Assembly: GCA_002269645.1 (NCBI GenBank) | Contig: NIVC01003411.1 | Span: 1 to 64,000 of the forward strand | Reading direction: 5' to 3' | Source of the DNA: Macrostomum lignano | Taxonomy: Eukaryota | DNA: 64,000 nt | Part shown: positions 36,111 to 48,584 of the stretch, one piece after another | How positions within the stretch are numbered: position 1 is the first letter of the stretch | Layout: every line of letters begins with the position of its first letter | Position numbers and translations under genes: made by a program | Notes under the pieces: generated by a model | The model's input: the letters and a program-made list of their open reading frames with translations, nothing else | What the model was told of the DNA's origin: nothing | The model's database searches: none

Positions 36111-38259
36111 GGTAGGTAGGCTACCAGAGAACTATATGATATTAATAAAAGAGCGCCACAAAATAATGACTAACAATTGTAGGTCACTAGACGATAAATA
36201 ATTGACAAGGTCACACACTAAAATAACACAACGAAGAAACACAAGCACTTGTTTATTTATTTCACGTGTAAAGGCAGTGTGAACTACGAGCTACATTAGT
36301 CAATTAATTAAAAGAAACGCACTTCACTCATTGTACACAAGAGCAGCGAAAAGTTGCATATTGGTTTAACAGTAAACCTACAAGAATGCCTTCTGAATGC
36401 CAAGAACACACGATAGTCTGTCTAAATAAAATAGTATTCAAGCCGTCATCAGAAAGTGCAGTTGAGATAGCACACTATAAAACTAAGGACTGCCCAGCGA
36501 AATATAGCCATACAGTAAAAGAGCAACACATCTACTCACCGGATTATCACTCTAACCTTTCTATCTCAAACCATATCTTTGCAGCTCGCTATTAGCTTTC
36601 AGACACCCCCCCCCGAGGTTATCCCTACGCTAAGAAGCCGTTGCAGACTTCTTCAAGGTAGGAAAATCGACATTGGGAGAGACTACAGCACTTGCGGTCG
36701 CGGCGATTGCGATACTCGTAGTGGCGAAGGTGACTGAGGAGGACGAATGTAACATGAAAGAGCTTGTAGTGCAGAAGACCGGTGATTTGGCACCGGTGGA
36801 CTTTTGGCGGTCCCGTAAGTCAACACTAGCATCGCCGGTTGCAGGCTTGACACGAAGCAGCAGGTGAAGACTGCCTTAGCTTAGAGGGAGGTCACGGACC
36901 TCATCCCAATGAAAACAGTACCTAGGCCAAGAAGGCAGAAGCGTCCCTAAAATATAAAATAAGCGACTCTAGACGACGACTCTCAAACGACGAGATGTCA
37001 CGGTACAAGTCACCAAGTTCGTCAAAGTTGCCCAAGAGTTAATTTGAGGCGCGATAGAGTCGCTGCATGCCTGAATCACCGAATTGCGTCTAAAGTGCAT
37101 CTTTAACTAACACGACTCTCGCGAAGTCGCGAAGACTTCCAACTCACGTTATGCGCTCGTGACGCAACAGAGTCGTTTCTCATGGTCACCTCTCCATCGA
37201 ATTACAGTCGTTTGAGTCGTTTAAAAAGTCTCAAGAGTCGCTAGAGTCACCAGTGAGTTGTATGCAATATGACTCTAAAGATTATTGTCACGGTAACGTT
37301 TTCAACAGGCATGCTCACCTAATCTTTTGCTGAGGCCTCCAACAAGTAGATGACGAGGTGACAGAGATTCAGTGAGAGAACTGAAGACTATGTTGAGATG
37401 CAAGAGCGGTTTTGTCAAATTTCGTTGCTCTGTTTTAGAAATTTAGCATCAGCCCTAGGTTTCGCCGGACAACCCTCGTATACAGGAAAAAAATTCAAAC
37501 TCAGAGTAGTAACAGGGGACCAGTAGCTTAATCCGCTGGCAACTGAAATGGTTACCTGTACCTGGGAGAAAATTATGGTGGACACAGCGAAGTCGCAAAT
37601 GCACGATGCATTGTTAGAGATTATCTAAAAAAAGAACACAGAAGAAAAAAACAGACAGACAGATTAACTGCTCAACAACAACATACACAGAATCATTTCC
37701 CGGTGCAAAAGAAGCAAGTTTAGTAGAATTTTACAAATTTATGTTTATTACACACCTGAAAAGAGACACGGGGAAAGAGGTCAAATGAATGGAGAAGTTC
37801 AAAAGCACCAGCTGTAAATATTCGTCATAAATTGTTATCGAATACCTCGCTAGTTCGCTATTTTGTCAAAGGCTCAGCCAAAAGCCTCACCTGCAAAGCC
37901 ATGAGGTTAAAATTGGCTAAAATTTAGCATTGCATTGCGACTGCTGGGGGGGGGGTGAAGGGGAACTGCATGGTCCGAATCGAATGTAAGATTACCTATC
38001 ATATTAGTCTTACATTGATCCATTTAAGTTTCAAAATTTATACGCTGATATTTTCACCAAAAGTTGTGACAAACCGACACAAAGATATAGGTAGTGAAAC
38101 CAAACTTCTACACAGAGAAGCAATGGAAGCACCGGTTCTTGTAAATATACGGAAAAAAACACTTGATGTATAGTTTTAAGAAAATAACATCGAGAGAAAG
38201 TCAGTATTACATATTCGTCGATCTAAATTGCACCTGAAAAAAATAGCCAACATTTCCCA

Positions 38260-38670
38260 CTACCACAATTTGGGATATTCGTCCGGTAGCAAAGAATAAT
38301 TCCGACAGGTGGGACACACTGAGCACTCCTGAAACCAGCGACGAATACAGGCGTCGTGAAACAGGTGATCACAGTCTAGCCGGCGCACCTGTTCCTTCTG
38401 CGGGTTCAAGCTGTCCAGACAGACAATGCAGGTGTCCTCTTCGGCGCTGCCAGAAACAGTTGCTGAAGTTCTGCTGGCATTGCTTCCGTTTAACTTGTAG
38501 GCAGCACCGCCATTGGACTGTTGCTGCTGTCTATGCCGAAGGTGCTGCTGCTTAGCCTGATGCTTATCGATCAGAATATTAATTAATTGTTGCTCAATTT
38601 GAGCACCAGGCCTGACGGTCATGCTGGCTAAGGCCTGACTAACCTGATCAACTGTCACGTACGGCAGTAT
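38260..38670 (-). CDS. Coiled-coil/RING-H2 protein, last exon (DZIP3/TTC3/RNF214-like C-terminus)
   Basis: tttcag acceptor; C-x2-C-x15-C-x-H-x2-H-x2-C-x10-C-x2-C RING-H2 then LLPDEYPKLW stop. Confidence 0.85.
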   Translation of the reverse strand: MLPYVTVDQVSQALASMTVRPGAQIEQQLINILIDKHQAKQQHLRHRQQQQSNGGAAYKLNGSNASRTSATVSGSAEEDTCIVCLDSLNPQKEQVRRLDCDHLFHDACIRRWFQECSVCPTCRNYSLLPDEYPKLW

Positions 38671-39798
38671 CTGAAATGAAGCAAATTTTTAAATCGTGCA
38701 AAAGTTTTTCAATGTCGAAGCTCTCCGACATGTACTCCATCATATCGTAGTAAGATGCTCAAATTTATTATGCCAAATTGAAAATCACCGAGGTTTGGAC
38801 AGCTGGCATCAGTCAAAAAGTTCGAAATCAAATAAAATATCTTTAATATCGCTGAGCCTCTCTGCAGCAGAAGCTGCAGAACTCTCCAGACTCCATGTTT
38901 ACAGGGTGCTCAAATTTGACTATTGTTAGAGGTCTTGAATTCTAATAATTAAAAAATTATTGACATTTAAAAAACGTGGCTCAGCCCCAATTTTGAATTT
39001 TACTGGCTGTTCCTTGGGTACACATTGTTCCACCACGCTATCAAAGCCTCAATATCATTCCTAGCAATTCTTAGAAACTACAAATTTCATAATGTAGAAA
39101 ACAGCTTTGCCACGAATTTCGCTTGCTTGTGATGCAATCCACTAGCATCACCAAGAATTTAACTTGGGCCTTTACCGCAGATACTAGAAAAACTAGATAA
39201 GATGGGCCACTCAGCACATTTGCGTGTAAGCTACTTTCAGTTCAGTAGTAAGTTAAACAGAAGCATTTTAATGTATTTTAAAGCCCAGGCTCATTTATTG
39301 GCTCTTACATCCCCCTCCCCAAGCTTAAACCCTCTAACCGCGGCCTTTCCACGCTACCCCCGCCCCCCCCTAATTTTTATTGCCTTTCTCGGAGTTCCAG
39401 CCTAAAGTTGCCATGTACATTTCAGTGAACTGGCTAATGTACATTATGGCTGAACCAATTAGCAAGTTGTTTACGCCTAGAAGTTGGGCTTCTAAACTTA
39501 TTAAAGTCAGCTGCCTTTATTTTTATAAAATAGCTTATGTATTCTTCTTTGCTACTGAACTGAAAGTAGAAAGCAATTTTACCAAGTATATATGCCTGAG
39601 TGGCATATCTATAGTTATTTTAGTATCTGTGGTCTTAACTCACGAAAATTTTATTAAGCTTCAGAGGAAATGCTATAGTGACTGTACAAGGTCAAAACCT
39701 AAATTTAGTTTATACAAAAAATTCTTTCTTTATTTGTTGCCTCTACAAAGAGGGGGGAGGGCGCAGATTGCTAGCCTCGGTGCTAAATATTTTCCTAC

Positions 39799-40147
39799 CT
39801 TTTGCACCACAGGCATGTACTTTAGTGCGCCTCTCTGCTGCTCGGTCAGATCTCCATGAGCGCTGGCAGTCGTGCCGGCTCGCGGACCAATTGGACCAGG
39901 CAGGCTGTTGCAAGGCAAGCTGACGTTAACTGATCTCGGCCGAGCAGCCGGAGTCGCGGCCTGTGGCGGCTGCAATGAAGGCGGTGGCGGCGGCGGCATC
40001 TGCTGCTGCTGCTGCTGCTGTTTAGCAGTTTCCGCCTCGAGCTTCAGCGCTTTTAGGTCTGGCTTTCGCGGCGAGCGAGGCACCAATTTTTGGAATTGAG
40101 TCTTCACGTTGGCCGCCTTGAATTCTTCTTGCGTGTCAAGTTTGGAC
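39799..40147 (-). CDS. Coiled-coil/RING-H2 protein, exon 2 (poly-Q, poly-P)
   Basis: cccag acceptor, GTAGGA donor, 349 nt phase 2-0; SKLDTQEEF...QQQQQQQMPPPPPP...KYMPVVQK. Confidence 0.75.
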
Positions 40148-40690
40148 CTGGGCGCAAACAGAAAAAGAAGATTTGAAGCTATTTGATATTTCAGTGCACA
40201 ATCAGAGCAACTGCTTTTAATTTGGCCGCATAAAAGTTAAAGCCATTCTTTATTCACCCATCCCATCCGGTCACTACGTTTTTCGCCTATGGGCACAAGT
40301 TGTGGCTGGATTAATAATGTACAAAGTGTTAAAAATGCTCAGATATTTAAGAAAAGTGTATGAGAATAAAAAAAGAAAAATAACAACAAAAAAGATAATA
40401 TTGAGCAGGATCCTTCGTGCAGTAGTCGTATCTCCGACACTTCATATCTCCGACAAGCTTAACCCTAACTCCAAGCTTAAGCTTTAACTCTAACGGAGAT
40501 ATGAAGTTTCGGGGACATGAAACCCCTTTATTGGCATGGCTGTTACTTAATAGTGCCATCACCGACGGCATGACTGAGTCAGGTGACTCAGCGAAGTGGT
40601 CTTGCTTAATTGATATAGCTCGTACATAAAAATAAGTATTTTCTAAGCGCGAAATAACTCAATACTTAGATTTCTGGGCCAAACACTTAC

Positions 40691-41070
40691 CGGCAGTCGG
40701 TGCGCAGCTGTTTTAGCGCGATCCGGCTCTGATCTAGTTCGGTGCAAAACTCAACCCAGATTTGCTCAGCCGCTGTTAGCGCAGCCGTATGAATAGCTCC
40801 AGCCGCCGCCTCATTTAACGATGCTATAACAGCTCTGGCGTCATTTTCGCGCTCCTTAACCATGCTCATAGCTAGCAGATAGTGCAGATCGACTACCTCG
40901 CTTTTAAATTCTTTAGAGGCTTCAGCAGACTCGGCGCAGGCCAACGAAAACGCGTCGCGTTGTTGTCGCAGAGCGTCATTCTCTCGACGCAATGTGGCAA
41001 CTTGATCGCGCAAACTATCGGTCTCGTTCTTTAATAGGTTTATAGGGCATCGCGGCGAACAGGGCTGCAT
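40691..41070 (-). CDS. Coiled-coil/RING-H2 protein, exon 1 (start tentative)
   Basis: LRDQVATLRRENDALRQQRD coiled coil; GTAAGT donor at 40690, phase 2; the ATG at 41070 is plausible but an upstream exon cannot be excluded. Confidence 0.7.
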
Positions 41071-42833
41071 TTATTTGGCTTTCGCTGGGAAGGCGGCTGA
41101 ATTCGTGTTGAAGCGAAAAACAATGAGTTTAGCAATTAGCTTGATGTTGTTTGCGTGACCCTTTTTAAATAGAGACCTCTCAAACGATAAAATAATAAAA
41201 TCAGTTCAGTGTACATCTATCTGAGTGAATAAAGAATGTACACTAGCTTCTTCGCCTAAAATGGTAATATGCGTACATCCAATCTAATCTAATCTTATCT
41301 AAAGTCAAACCCCTAGCCTGGTCATGCATTCCTACCCCTATCGTACACTGTACATGGCGGATAGACTTCTGTTTTATCAGTTAATTTAGTTTACGCCAGT
41401 CTAACCAGTCTGAGTGAGTGTTATAAACAAGAGCTGGTCGTAAAACCACCCACCCCATTCCGCCGCTCCTTTTACTAATTTTTACTAAATATCAAAAGTA
41501 CAAGACCATGGGATGGACCCAAAGCTTTGATAAAAGCACAAGGAAGTGTTACCCTAGTGGGATCATTAAGGTTAGGTTCAAGTAAGCTTAGGCTTGTCAA
41601 GACGTTAATGATCAGAGCTCGAAGCTCAAAATGGTTATAAAGTGCAAGGCTCAAGCTCAAGGGGAGAATGCTGAGATGCCAAAGGATCAAGGATTTAACT
41701 GCTTAACTTAAAATTGAATCAGCCAACTATTAATTATCTGGATTAGTATAAGCCAATTTTATGACACTAACAACTTACTCAACATTTTAGCAGACAAAAT
41801 ATTCATAAATAACTATTCGAAAGCCAAACACAAAAGTCAAATTCACGACACTACAATTATTTCTCATTCTATTTAAAGAAAAACTCGTAGATAAGAAATG
41901 AGGATATATATATAACTTACAGGCTAATAATCCCACAGTTTAGTACATGAGAAGAAAAAGTACCCATACACAAAAAATTATCATATGCACACGCATTATG
42001 ATATTCACACAAGTGAGCTGTTTGTTAGCTATATAAACTTTGCTTGCAAAGACTGACAATTAGTTAGTTATGTCCCAGGTAAGAAATTAATAAATATAGA
42101 ATTACGGGTTACGAAGAGACTGCACCAGCAATAAAAAAATTAGTAGATAAATAAATTGTACTTTGGCTTGGACTGTGTGACAAAACTGATCGCGCGCGAG
42201 GTTAAGAAAATTGGTTACTGTTGGTACTAAATAATATTATAAGCAATACAAGCCACAGCTGTTTCCATCTATAGAGGTCATGGACTGACAACATTTCCTG
42301 GGACGCTTTTAGTAGAAGAAAAATCCAGAAAAAATTATCACAGTACATATATTAATAACAATAATAGTAATAATAATAGTAATAAATAAAAAAATGACGC
42401 GAAGATGACTTACAGTAGCGAAAAGAGCAACAAAAATGGGTGTCGAATGCAATGCAGTTATGGGCTGACAGACGATGCACGGAAGTATTTTGGGTACACA
42501 GAAGCAAAATGAAAGCAACAGTAACACAGTGTCTTTCGTACTGAAATAATTAAAATTAATATTCACGTATGCTACTACATGAGCACGAAAAAGTCATACA
42601 ACATAAGTTATAGGATAGTTTTAATCCAATATCTGATGAACTCTGACTAATAGCAGTAGTAGCCTTTGGACATTATATAAATAACTAAATTAATAGCACG
42701 AGACGGATGGTGTTGCTATTACAGGTAAGGACTCTCTGGTTCACAATATTGCAAGCAAGAAGGGGCACAGCTACATCTCCCTTCTCGCACTCCATTGTTA
42801 CTGCTTGCTTCTGCTATATTTATTGCCAAGTTA

Positions 42834-42889
42834 TTAACAGTTGCAGCCGCTGTTTGCCTGCTTGTCGCGGCCGTCCTGCAGACGAGTGC
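42834..42889 (-). CDS. RAB3: Rab3 exon 5; total 211 aa
   Basis: gttcgcag acceptor; GTRLQDGRDKQANSGCNC stop (CxC prenylation motif); AATAAA at 42819-42824. Confidence 0.9.
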
Positions 42890-42956
42890 CTGCGAACAAC
42901 AGAATAAAAGCACAAGAGTTGATTCTAAAACTATGCACACTTGTTTGCATGTGGCT

Positions 42957-43253
42957 CATACATGCGCAACAGTCGGCCGAGTCGGCCGATCCGGCCGACC
43001 GATTTGGCGGCCAACCAAGGAAGTCGCAAAAATGCCCACCCGAAAAAATAACCAAGTAGTAGTGCTAAGTAGCTGACGAGGCATTTTGGCTTAATAAGAC
43101 AGTCATAGTTACTCCTGCCGTTTACCCAAAGTTGCGTTTATTTGCTTTAGGGTTTTTTTACATGTAAGTCGCATTTTTGGCCAAAAACTACGTCGCATTT
43201 TTGTTAAAACTAAGTCGCATGGCCGACCGAATTTCGGAGGTTGCGCATGTATG
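42957..43253. mobile_element. Non-autonomous hAT-type MITE in Rab3 intron 4
   Basis: Perfect 14-bp TIR CATACATGCGCAAC and perfect 8-bp TSD ATGTGGCT at 42949-42956 and 43254-43261. Confidence 0.92.
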
Positions 43254-43479
43254 ATGTGGCTACTATGAGTACTAGATATATGCTGAATCTTAAGTTTGCA
43301 ATTCACTAGCCCGATGATGCTAACTAAAACAAAAAACTGTTGGATTTATGCATCAATGTGCACTATATTAGCGTTAGCGCTTATTGGTGTTAGCTAAAAG
43401 TACAATTTATGTTGAATCGTGTCTCAAACTCAAAGTACACAAGCCTATTGATGATATCTAAAAGTGCAAGAGGATTAAT

Positions 43480-43880
43480 TCCATCTAAAAGTACACTAGA
43501 CTGATGGTGATAAGCTAAAAGTGCACGAGAGAATTAAATTCATTTAAAAGTACACTAGACTGACGGTGATAAGCTAAAATGGCACGAGAGAATGAAATTC
43601 ATTTAAAAGTACACTAGACTGACGGTGATAAGCTAAAAGTGCACGAGAGAATGAAATTCATTTAAAAGTACACTAGACTGACGGTGATAAGCTAAAATGG
43701 CACGAGAGGATGAAATTCATTTAAAAGTACACTAGACTGATGGCGATAAGCTAAAAGTGCACGAGAGAATGAAATTCATATAAAAGTATATAAGCTTGCT
43801 GATTAATAGCTAAAAGTGCGCGAGAGAATGAACTTCAATCTAAAAGTAAACTAGCCTGCTGATGATAGCTAAAAGTGCAG
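43480..43880. repeat. Tandem repeat, 59-60 bp, about 7 copies
   Basis: aaaagtacactagactgacggtgataagctaaaagtgcacgagagaatgaaattcattt. Confidence 0.9.
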
Positions 43881-43903
43881 ATGCTAAACGAAATCTTACT
43901 CAC

Positions 43904-44035
43904 CGGCCCCGGCAGCCAAATTAGGATCGCACTCCAGCGATTCGGCCATCTTGTCGCAGATGACGTCAACCAGTCGTTCGAATACGGCTTTGACGTTGAT
44001 ATTCTCTTTAGCGGAAGTCTCAAAGAACTCGAGGC
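43904..44035 (-). CDS. RAB3: Rab3 exon 4
   Basis: tttgcag acceptor; [37 protein letters not shown]; GTGAGT donor. Confidence 0.95.
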
Positions 44036-44694
44036 CTGCAAATATTTCAGCAATGATAAAATATACTCATTTTTAATTGAAATGTCGGGATATTTTTACT
44101 AGATAGTTTATTAGAAAAACACTGCTGATTAAAAAATTTAAGAAATGTTATAATATTAATTCACACTAAATAGTTCCGACATTTTAGGCCATATTAGCAG
44201 TTACGAGGAGGATCTCAAATATAAGAATTTCAACATTTACCAATCTCTTCAGCCAATCGTTGGCAGCTTAATTCGCTAATAACTCGATAGTCAGCTAGAT
44301 CGCACTTGTTGCCAACCAGAACTATGGTGGCATCGTGCCAAGCGTGGGCTCTGATCTGAGTACACCTTTAGAATAATAGTCAGTAATAAGTATCTTTTAA
44401 CAACAGATAACATTCCAAGAGAAATAGAAAAATACGCTTAGGGATATTAGAAAACAAATGCATTAAATTCACTAAGCAATATAGGAAATGCACAGCACTT
44501 ACTCCTAACTCATTTCATGCATCAGTTGCATAGGAGTGACATTTAATTTTGCTCCTAGCATATAAATCGACAGAATAAGACTTATTTAACAATGGATTTC
44601 AGTGGAACAGAGTTCAAGCGTGGCAGCTCCGAGAGGGAGATCACAGTTGGGAGAATCCCGGAGGAGGAATCCCTAAAGAGGAATCTCTACAGGA

Positions 44695-45250
44695 GACTCC
44701 CTAAAAGGGGAATCCCGAAAGGGGAATTCTAAAAGGGAATCCCTAAAGTGGAATCCTTAAAGGGGAATCCCTAAAGGGGAATCCCTAAAGGGGAATCCCT
44801 AAAGGGGAATCCCTAAAGGGGAATCCCTAAAGGGGAATCCCTAAAGGGGAATCCCTAAAGGGGAATCCCTAAAGGGGAATCCCTAAAGGGGAATCCCTAA
44901 AGGGGAATCCCTAAAGGGGAATCCCTAAAGGGGAATCCCTAAAGGGGAATCCCTAAAGGGGAATCCCTAAAGGGGAATCCCTAAAGGGGAATCCCTAAAG
45001 GGGAATCCCTAAAGGGGAATCCCTAAAGGGGAATCCCTAAAGGGGAATCCCTAAAGGGGAATCCCTAAAGGGGAATCCCTATAGGGGAATCCCTAAAGGG
45101 GAATCTCTAAAGGGGAATCCCTAAAGGGGAATCCCTAAAGGGGAATCTCTAAAGGGGAATCCCTAAATGGGAATCCCTAAAGGGGAATCGCTAGAGGGAC
45201 ATTTTTAAATCAAAATCAGAAAGGGGGAATCCAAAGGGGAATCTATAAAG
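44695..45250. repeat. Tandem repeat, 14 bp (ccctaaaggggaat)
   Basis: Directly visible; Rab3 intron 3. Confidence 0.97.
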
Positions 45251-45556
45251 TGGAGTCCTAACTAAAAATCTCTAAGGATTTTCTCCACAGGAATTTCCAT
45301 ATATCCGGATAAGAGACCTTAGCAGGGGAATCGCAAATAAAGAACTTTTCAAATGTTTTTCTCGAATCGCCACCGTACAATATATAATAAGAAAACACAA
45401 ATACGGTATATAAACACTTATCTTGTGTTCAATGCCATTTTCCGCAAGAAATTGTATCTTTTACACAAAAGTAGAATAGAAGAAGCACAAAAGATTGAAA
45501 AACATTAATCACTAATAAAAAGATGGCAATGAAGCAAGTGAACTGCGGTACAATAC

Positions 45557-45681
45557 CCAGATCATGTGCCAGCCTAGCACCGCGCTCAATGGAGACAATG
45601 CGACTATCCTCTAAATCGCACTTGTTACCAATTAGAGCAATTTTGGCTGTGGACCAGGAGTGAGTCTGTATTGCCGTCACC
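45557..45681 (-). CDS. RAB3: Rab3 exon 3
   Basis: cccag acceptor; VTAIQTHSWSTAKIALIGNKCDLEDSRIVSIERGARLAHDL; GTATTG donor. Confidence 0.9.
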
Positions 45682-46389
45682 CTGGGCATGGTAGCGATGC
45701 GTATGAGAGGCACCTTTGTTTTAAATAAAACACATGTAATAGAAATAAAATCTAAAACGACGAATCCAGTTTTTTAGAAAAAAGGCAAAAAACCATCAAA
45801 GAAATAATCTGTTGAACAGCAGGAATACCAATTTGTACTGTTTATACCGACATATACTCAGCAAGTTTCAATTCCTCGGAATTCAAAATGCTATTTCAAG
45901 ATATTCCAATGGGATGTCTATCAAAATCATCAGCGCGGAATCCTCACTCAAATCACGCTTTGGTAGTTGGTACCTTCACTCTTAACTGTTGACTATCAAA
46001 CTTTAATAAAAAGAACAGTCCAAACAAATTCACCGAACCGGAATAAAGAAAAAAGTTAATCGAGGAAGAAAAACTACGCTCGTAATTTGAACCAAAAAAC
46101 ACCGGGATTTTTAGGGCTTAGAAATTCGCACCGAGCTCATTTGCCAGCTTTTGCGCCGTTTTGGTGTCGACTCGGCGCTGACCTGGCTGGCAGTCGCACT
46201 TGTTGCCTACCAATACAACAACGGCACCTTGCCAGGCCTGACCGCGCACCAGCGTCACCCTTTAGTTGTGTGTGCGTGTGCGGTTTTAGAAGACGCAGGT
46301 GGTTGGGGTTGAAGTAAACTAATAAACTGTAGACTAAAGCAAACTCTAGCCCCGACTTCATGTGGACCAGCCGGCAATATCTTGTCATA

Positions 46390-46690
46390 GCAAGATCTGT
46401 GTATCCCAGCCCTACCCCCACCCCAAGTTAAAATAAAAGGGGACAAGATTCTATGTACACATGTACACTAGCCCTACCCCACCCCATATAAAAGGAACGA
46501 GATTCTATGTACGCCAGCCCTACCCCCACCCCAAATAAAAGGGGACGAGATTTTATTTACATCAGCCCTACCCTCAAATAAAAGGGGACGAGATTCTATG
46601 TACGCCAGCCCTGTCCCAGGACGAGAATCTATGTACCGCCAGCCCTCACCCTGGCCCTCAGATAGATAGATACCGTGAAGGGGACAAGAT
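46390..46690. repeat. Degenerate tandem repeat, about 50 bp (tctatgtacgccagccctacccccaccccaaataaaaggggacgagat)
   Basis: 5-6 divergent copies in Rab3 intron 2. Confidence 0.75.
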
Positions 46691-47074
46691 TTCACATACG
46701 CTCGTACATTTTATTAATTTTAGCTAGGGAGACTAGGGAGAAGAAAGCCAAGAGATAAAGAAATCAGACGCTACGAAGTTAACTCCAGCTAAATTTGCAT
46801 ACAAGGAAAACAAGGGTAAAATTTAGATTGACACAAGGGAAACAAATTTCAAAATATATGAATAGTGATATCAGTTACAAAAAATAAGTTGCTTTAATAT
46901 GGTTCCTGCTATATTTTATATTTCCTATAAATTTTAAATTGTAATAATAAAGTGCAATGACAACACTGAACATATATAAAAGGTCGGTGTGCACAGGAGC
47001 GACAATAAAAGATGCATACAGACACTAATAAAATATTGTACCTTAGTACTCATATTTTAATACAAGCGACTTAC

Positions 47075-47193
47075 CAGTCTTGCACGGCATTAAACGAATC
47101 CTCGTTGGTAACGTCGTACATTAGAATAAAGCCCATAGCGCCCCTATAATAGGCTGTGGTGATGGTTCGGTACCTCTCTTGACCAGCTGTGTC
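47075..47193 (-). CDS. RAB3: Rab3 exon 2
   Basis: ttttag acceptor; [39 protein letters not shown](W); GTAAGT donor. Confidence 0.95.
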
Positions 47194-47359
47194 CTAAAAA
47201 GTAGTAACAGAAAACGCTATTTATACTACTCATTTTTACTGAAACGATTTTTAATATAGTTTGTTGCAATTTGCGTCCATTTTGCTATTTTTAAGTTTCG
47301 TACGATTCTTAGCTCAAGTTCGGAGATCATGCTTCGGGGCGGATCCGGAGTGATAAAGG

Positions 47360-47965
47360 AGTGATTCTCAGTAGATAGATTGGTAGTGATTCTCAGACTC
47401 AGGGGAAGATCGGGAGTGATTCTTAGTCGGCGGATTAGGAGTGATTCTCAACATCAAGGTAAGATCAGAAGTGATTCTCAGTGGACGGATCGAGAATGAT
47501 TATTGCGTGGCGAATCAGGAGTGGTTCTTAGTGGGCGGAGATCATAGGTGATTCCCAGGGAGAGATCAAGCGTGATTCTAGGGGCAGATCAGGGGTGATT
47601 GTCAGGGCGGATCAGGAGTGATTCTCATGGCGGATCAGGAGTGATTCTCTGGGCGGATCATGGGTGATTTTATGGCGGATGAGGGGTGATTCTCAGACGG
47701 GATCAGGGGTGATTCTCATGGCGAATCAAGAGTGATTCTCAGGGTGGATCATAGGTGATTTTATGGCGGATGAGGGGTGATTCTCAGCGTGGATCAGGGG
47801 TGATTCTCGGGCCGGATCAGGGGTGATTCTCAGGCCGAATCGGGGTGATTCTCGGGCCGGATCAGGGGTGATTCTCGGGCCGGATCAGGGGTGATTCTAG
47901 GGGCGGATCAGGGGTGATTCTAGGGGCGGATCAGGGGTGATTCTCGGAGCGGATCAGGGGTGATT
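47360..47965. repeat. Tandem repeat, about 21 bp (ggcggatcaggggtgattctc)
   Basis: Directly visible. Confidence 0.9.
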
Positions 47966-48584
47966 GTTATGTACAAATAAGAATCATTATGAAACAGCGC
48001 TTTGCAACTTTGATTTTGATGTGACGGACCTTCCGGATCTGACTGCACCATGAAAGCAAGAATGCAAGTAGTTGCAAAGGCTAAGCAGAGTTTGAAATTG
48101 ACCTGTCGATATAAATTAATAAACCGACCGGGTCCCGGAGGGCCAATTACTTTGTCGGGTTGAGACGCACAGGAAGTTGCGTCCCAGTGGCAGCGAAATT
48201 GATTGCCGCTAGTGGACAAGTTGATAGTCGATTCTATCAAACACGCGACAGTCGCACACGCAAAGGATTTAAGCTAATCTAACGGAATGCATAATAACCT
48301 TCAGTGGTTTTGATTATCAGTTGTATGAATTATTGCCTTAAGAATAAATTAATACAATAGATTGTTACTAATTATAAACTTCACTCATCATTTTTAGAGT
48401 CGTGGAATTAACATATAGGAAATAGATTGAGCGAGATAAAATGAGGAGATATAAGATTCATGATAGGCATAAGGAGAAGATTGACAGAAACAAGGGAAAC
48501 ATGTAAGAGTATAAAAGAGGGCGTGATACATGGGTTCTAAGATACAGAAGTTTTAGAATACACTAAGGGTCGAGGGATATACAG

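Noticed and set aside
42718-42735. Alternative Rab3 last exon giving a non-prenylated ESPYL terminus
   Set aside because: The acceptor lacks a pyrimidine tract and lies downstream of an AATAAA; the CxC exon is clearly better
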